In this document: positions 37,579 through 39,178 of the stretch, one piece after another
Numbering within the stretch: position 1 is the first letter of the stretch
Layout of the letters: each line of letters opens with the position of its first letter
Assembly: GCA_033763905.1 (NCBI GenBank)
Contig: JANRJP010000088.1
Location: forward strand, 1 to 39,178
Direction of reading: 5' to 3'
Source: Gemmatimonadaceae bacterium
GTDB lineage: Bacteria > Gemmatimonadota > Gemmatimonadetes > Gemmatimonadales > Gemmatimonadaceae
DNA length: 39,178 nt
Program-made: the position numbers and the translations under genes
Notes under the pieces: model-generated
Told to the model about the DNA's origin: nothing
The model's input: only the letters and a program-made list of their open reading frames with translations
The model's database searches: none

Positions 37579-39178
37579 TCAGGGAACGGTGTCAAGCACT
37601 TCGCGCACGCGTGCCGACAGCGTGCCCGGCGTGAATGGCTTGGGAAGGAAGGCCACCCGCTCCTCCGCGATGGCGGCGAGCAGGGCGGTGTCGTCGGTGT
37701 GACCCGAGACAAACAGCAACTTGGTCCCCGGACGGATATCCCGCACTGACTGCGCCAGTTCGCGCCCGCTCAGGCGTGGCATTACGCAATCGGTGACGAC
37801 GAGGTGAATCGGGCCGGTATGCGCCACCGCGACGTCGAGGGCTTCGGCGCCGTCGGAGGCCGACAACACCTGATACCCCAGTCGCGACAGCGAGGTGCTC
37901 ATCAAGCCCCGCACACTGTCTTCGTCATCGACCACCAGCACCGTCTCGCGCCCGGCGCCAGGCCCGCTGGGGCGCAGGCTCGGTCGCGGACCGGACCCGT
38001 CCGAATCACGCGCGCCAGCGGGGGCGGCGGCCACGAGCCACACCGCATCGAAGGTGGTGCCGCGACCCGGCGTGCTGTCGACGCGAATCACGCCACCCGC
38101 CTGCTGTAGAATGGCGTAGACGGTCGCGAGTCCAAGCCCGGTGCCCGAGCCCGGCGGCTTGGTGGTGAAGAACGGCTCGAAGATCCGCGCCAGGAGCGCG
38201 GGTTCGATGCCGTGGCCGGTATCCTGCACCCGCAGCCGCACGGCAGGTCCCGAGCGCTGCCGATGCTGCACCGCCTCGTGCGGCGCGATCGCATCCTTCG
38301 CCACCGACACGGTGATCGTCCCACCGTCGGGCATCGCATCGCGCGCGTTGACGACGAGGTTGAGCAGTACCTGCTCGACTTGCGCGCGATCGGCGGTGAT
38401 CCGCGCAGCGCCGGCGTCCTCCGTCACCTGCAACCTCACGGTCGACGGCAGCAGACGCTCCAGCGTCGGTACGAATTCACGCACCACGCCGTACAGATCC
38501 AGCGCGACCGGCTGCACGACCTGCTGACGTCCGAAGGCAAGAATCTGCTTGGTCAAGACCGCCATCCGCTCGGCCGAGCGTCGCGCCGGTTCGAGATCCT
38601 GCCGCAGCGGGGAGTCGGCCGGCAGATCTTCGACGGTGAGCTCCAGCTGGCCCAAGATCGCGGTCAGCAGATTGTTGAAGTCGTGCGCGATGCCGCCGGC
38701 AAACCGACCAAGCGCCTCCATTTTCTGCGACTGCCGCAGCTGGTCCTGGCTTTCGATCAGCGCGCGCTCCGCGGCGCGCTGCTCGGTGACATCGGTGAAG
38801 GCGGCGATGATCGCGGGCAGACCATCCAGTTCGACCCGGGTCACGACGACTTCGAGTTCGAGCACTGCCCCGGACTTCGTCAGGTAGCGCCACGCGCCGA
38901 GATGTGACGGCTGGTCGCCGATCGTCGTGACTGCCGCCCGCCACCGCGGGACATCCTCGGCCGGTCGCATCCCCTCGAGCGGACGCCCCCGCAACTCGTC
39001 ACGGGTCCAGCCGACCAGATCCGCCGCCGCCGCATTCGCGTCGAGGATCGTCAGCTGTCTGGCGTCAGCAACCCACATCGGCACCGGACTGCGCGCGAAC
39101 AGCAGTTGGGCCATCGCTTCGCTGGCGCGCAGCGCATCCGTGCGCTCGCGCACGCGTGCCAGCATCGCCTCGAACGCG
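37579..39178 (-). CDS. Hybrid PAS sensor histidine kinase/response regulator (5' end outside window)
   Basis: PAS (DANAAA..L.GW..DEL), QSQKMEALG..AGGIAHDFNN, NLVVNARDAM, FEPFFTTK, GTGLGL; REC VVDDE, TDCVMP and KPF. Confidence 0.95.
   Translation of the reverse strand, partial: AFEAMLARVRERTDALRASEAMAQLLFARSPVPMWVADARQLTILDANAAAADLVGWTRDELRGRPLEGMRPAEDVPRWRAAVTTIGDQPSHLGAWRYLTKSGAVLELEVVVTRVELDGLPAIIAAFTDVTEQRAAERALIESQDQLRQSQKMEALGRFAGGIAHDFNNLLTAILGQLELTVEDLPADSPLRQDLEPARRSAERMAVLTKQILAFGRQQVVQPVALDLYGVVREFVPTLERLLPSTVRLQVTEDAGAARITADRAQVEQVLLNLVVNARDAMPDGGTITVSVAKDAIAPHEAVQHRQRSGPAVRLRVQDTGHGIEPALLARIFEPFFTTKPPGSGTGLGLATVYAILQQAGGVIRVDSTPGRGTTFDAVWLVAAAPAGARDSDGSGPRPSLRPSGPGAGRETVLVVDDEDSVRGLMSTSLSRLGYQVLSASDGAEALDVAVAHTGPIHLVVTDCVMPRLSGRELAQSVRDIRPGTKLLFVSGHTDDTALLAAIAEERVAFLPKPFTPGTLSARVREVLDTVP

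Overview
High-GC bacterial window; the Ser/Thr kinase-TPR, Ig-like lipoproteins and PAS hybrid kinase suggest Gemmatimonadota, by inference only. In order it holds: (1) a sigma-54 NtrC-type regulator, a cytoplasmic histidine kinase and three secreted or lipoprotein genes; (2) an SLBB export-type protein, YggT and a Tat-signal class V aminotransferase; (3) a surface-glycan operon GT2-wzm-wzt-GT2-acyltransferase_3, then an EVE protein, a lipoprotein and gltA; (4) a roughly 15 kb biosynthetic block between gltA and a short mutY-like gene; (5) a nickel transporter, Ser/Thr kinase, VWA protein and partial PAS hybrid kinase. Block 4 has two non-canonical alpha/beta hydrolases, a methyltransferase, an SGNH protein, a hybrid A-T-KS-AT-ACP-aminotransferase protein and an NRPS C-A(Gly)-T-C-(A-subdomain only)-T with no release domain. 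Sigma-54-like -24/-12 motifs precede both the glycan operon and the megasynthase. Main hypothesis: the assembly line makes a small diamino-acyl-glycyl unit that is transferred onto a cell-surface glycan instead of being released. All calls rest on visual motif recognition; no searches were run, and several start codons were reassigned from the ORF track.
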